Assembly: GCF_004010195.1 (NCBI RefSeq)
Contig: NC_057718.1
Span: 77,856,523 to 77,876,522 of the forward strand
Length of the DNA stretch: 20,000 nucleotides
Direction of reading: 5' to 3'
From: Chiloscyllium plagiosum
Lineage: Eukaryota
Shown here: piece after piece, positions 18,430 through 20,000 of the stretch
Layout of the letters: every line of letters starts with the position of its first letter
Position numbering within the stretch: the first letter of the stretch is position 1
The notes under the pieces: generated by a model
Databases searched by the model: none
Told to the model about the DNA's origin: nothing
What the model saw: the letters and a program-made list of their open reading frames with translations, nothing else
Translations under genes and position numbers: made by a program

Positions 18430-20000
18430 ACATGGATCGCTTGGAGCAGCAGTGAGGGGCAATAAGGAATTTACAAGAGCTGGGGTGGGATGGATGGTAG
18501 TTATAGGAAGGGACAAGAGCCGCAGTTACATTCAGGTAGATGGATTAACTCTAGGAAAGGTAGGAGGAGTAGGCAGATAGTGCAGGAGTCTCCTGTGGCT
18601 ATCCCCATTTCAAACAAGTAAGCTGTCTTGGAAAACATAGGGGAATGTAGCACAAACAGTCAAGTGTCTGGTATTGAGACTGACTCTAATGTAATGAGGG
18701 GTACGTTGGATTCCAAGTGATCGATTGTGATAGGGGACTCTCTAGTCAGAGGCACAGACGGATGTTCCTGCGGGCAGCAGCGAAAAGTCAGATTGGTGTG
18801 TTGCCTCCCTGATGCCAGGATCAAGGATATCTCAGAAAGAGTGCAGAGTATTCTCAAAGGGGAGAGGAACCAGCGGGAGGTCATTGTACACATTGGAACT
18901 AACAACATAGGAAGGGAAAAGGATGACACTCTGAAGGGAGAAGACAGAAAGTTAGGCAGGAATTTAAAAAGGAGGTCCTCGAGGGTAGCAATATCTAGAT
19001 TACTTCCGGTGCTATGAGCTAGTGAGGGTAGGAATAGGAAGATAGGGCAGATAAATGCGTGGCTGAGGAGCTGGTGCAAGGGAGAAGAGATCATTGGAAT
19101 CTCTTCTGGGGGAGAAGTGACCTGTACAAGAAGGATAGATTGCACCTGAATTGGAAGGGGACTAATATACTGGCAGGGAGATTTGCTAGAGATGCTCAGG
19201 AGAATTTAAACTAGTAAGGTCGGAGGGGGTGACCCAGGGAAATTGTGAGGAAAGAGATCAATCTGAGACTGGTACAGTTAGGAAAAGGAGCAAGTCAAAC
19301 GGTCAGGACAGACAGGAAAAAAATAGAGAACAAGGTAGAACTGATAAATTAAACTGCTTTTTCTTCAATGGAAGAGGACTAACAGGGAAGGCAGATGAAC
19401 TCAGGGTATGGTTAGGAACATGGAATTGGGATATCATAGCAATTACACAAATGTGGCTCAGGGAGGGACAGGACTCGCACCTTAACGTTCCAGGATATAA
19501 ATAAGGAAGGATAGAAGGACGGGCAAGAGAGGAGAGGGAGTGGCATTTTTGATAAGGGATAGCATTACTGCTGTACTTAGGGAGGATATTCCTGGGAATT
19601 GAATTGAATTGAATTTATTGTCATGTGTACCGAGGCACATTGAAAAGCTTTGTCCTGCAAGCAATACAGGCAGATCACATAATTAAATAGCATAGGTAAG
19701 TAAATAATAGGTAAACAGTGGCAAAACCAAAAACACAGATACAGGCAAATGTTTTTGAGTCCATTTAATTTTCGAACAACAATCCAGAGAAAGTATATTC
19801 CTGTCAGCGTGAAAGGGAAGGCTGGTAGGTATAGGGAATGCTGGATGGCTAAAGAAATTGAGGGTTTGGTAAAGAAAAAGAAGGAAGCATATGTCAGGTA
19901 TAGACATGATAGATCGAGTGAATCCTTAGAAGAGTATAAAGGAAGTAGGAGTATACTTAAGAGGGAAATCAGGAGGGCAAAAAAGGGTACATGAGATAGC
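18430..20000 (+). mobile_element. CR1 LINE with SGNH-esterase ORF1 and ORF2 start (runs off window)
   Basis: IGDSLVRG, CLPDARIKD, VIVHIGTNN and DRLHLN (SGNH blocks); ORF2 KLNCFFFNGRGL..WDIIAITQMWL, RGEGVAFLI; resumes at about 19770 with CWMAKEIEGLVKKKKEAY. Confidence 0.9.
19596..19768 (-). mobile_element. 3' UTR of a different LINE (probably Rex1/Babar-like) with (TTCAA)n tail
   Basis: Minus strand ends ..ACAAAGCTTTTCAATGTGCCTCGGTACACATGACAATAAA followed by TTCAA repeats (plus strand GAATT x4 from 19596). Family assignment is from memory only. Confidence 0.55.

Overview
Eukaryotic, AT-rich window made mostly of nested, decayed non-LTR retrotransposons. The repeat types (HER1/CR1-like LINEs with short tandem 3' tails, Penelope-like pseudo-LTRs, RTE, Rex1-like tail) point to a cartilaginous fish, probably a shark; this is inferred from recognition, not from a search. 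No intact protein-coding gene is present, and nearly all listed ORFs are CR1, RTE or Penelope fragments or their antisense shadows. One likely host exon lies on the minus strand (7906-8005). The most notable structure is a set of three short palindromic Penelope pLTR-derived insertions (3484-3785, 6520-6746, 9215-9369). Each has an exact 13-16 bp target-site duplication and a one-sided 34-40 nt tail starting at nearly the same position. The fully sequenced, undeleted copy carries two back-to-back minimal hammerhead ribozyme cores, one per strand. A different hammerhead type sits in an inverted pLTR next to a Penelope RT fragment (10051-10085). Element boundaries are approximate unless a TSD is cited.
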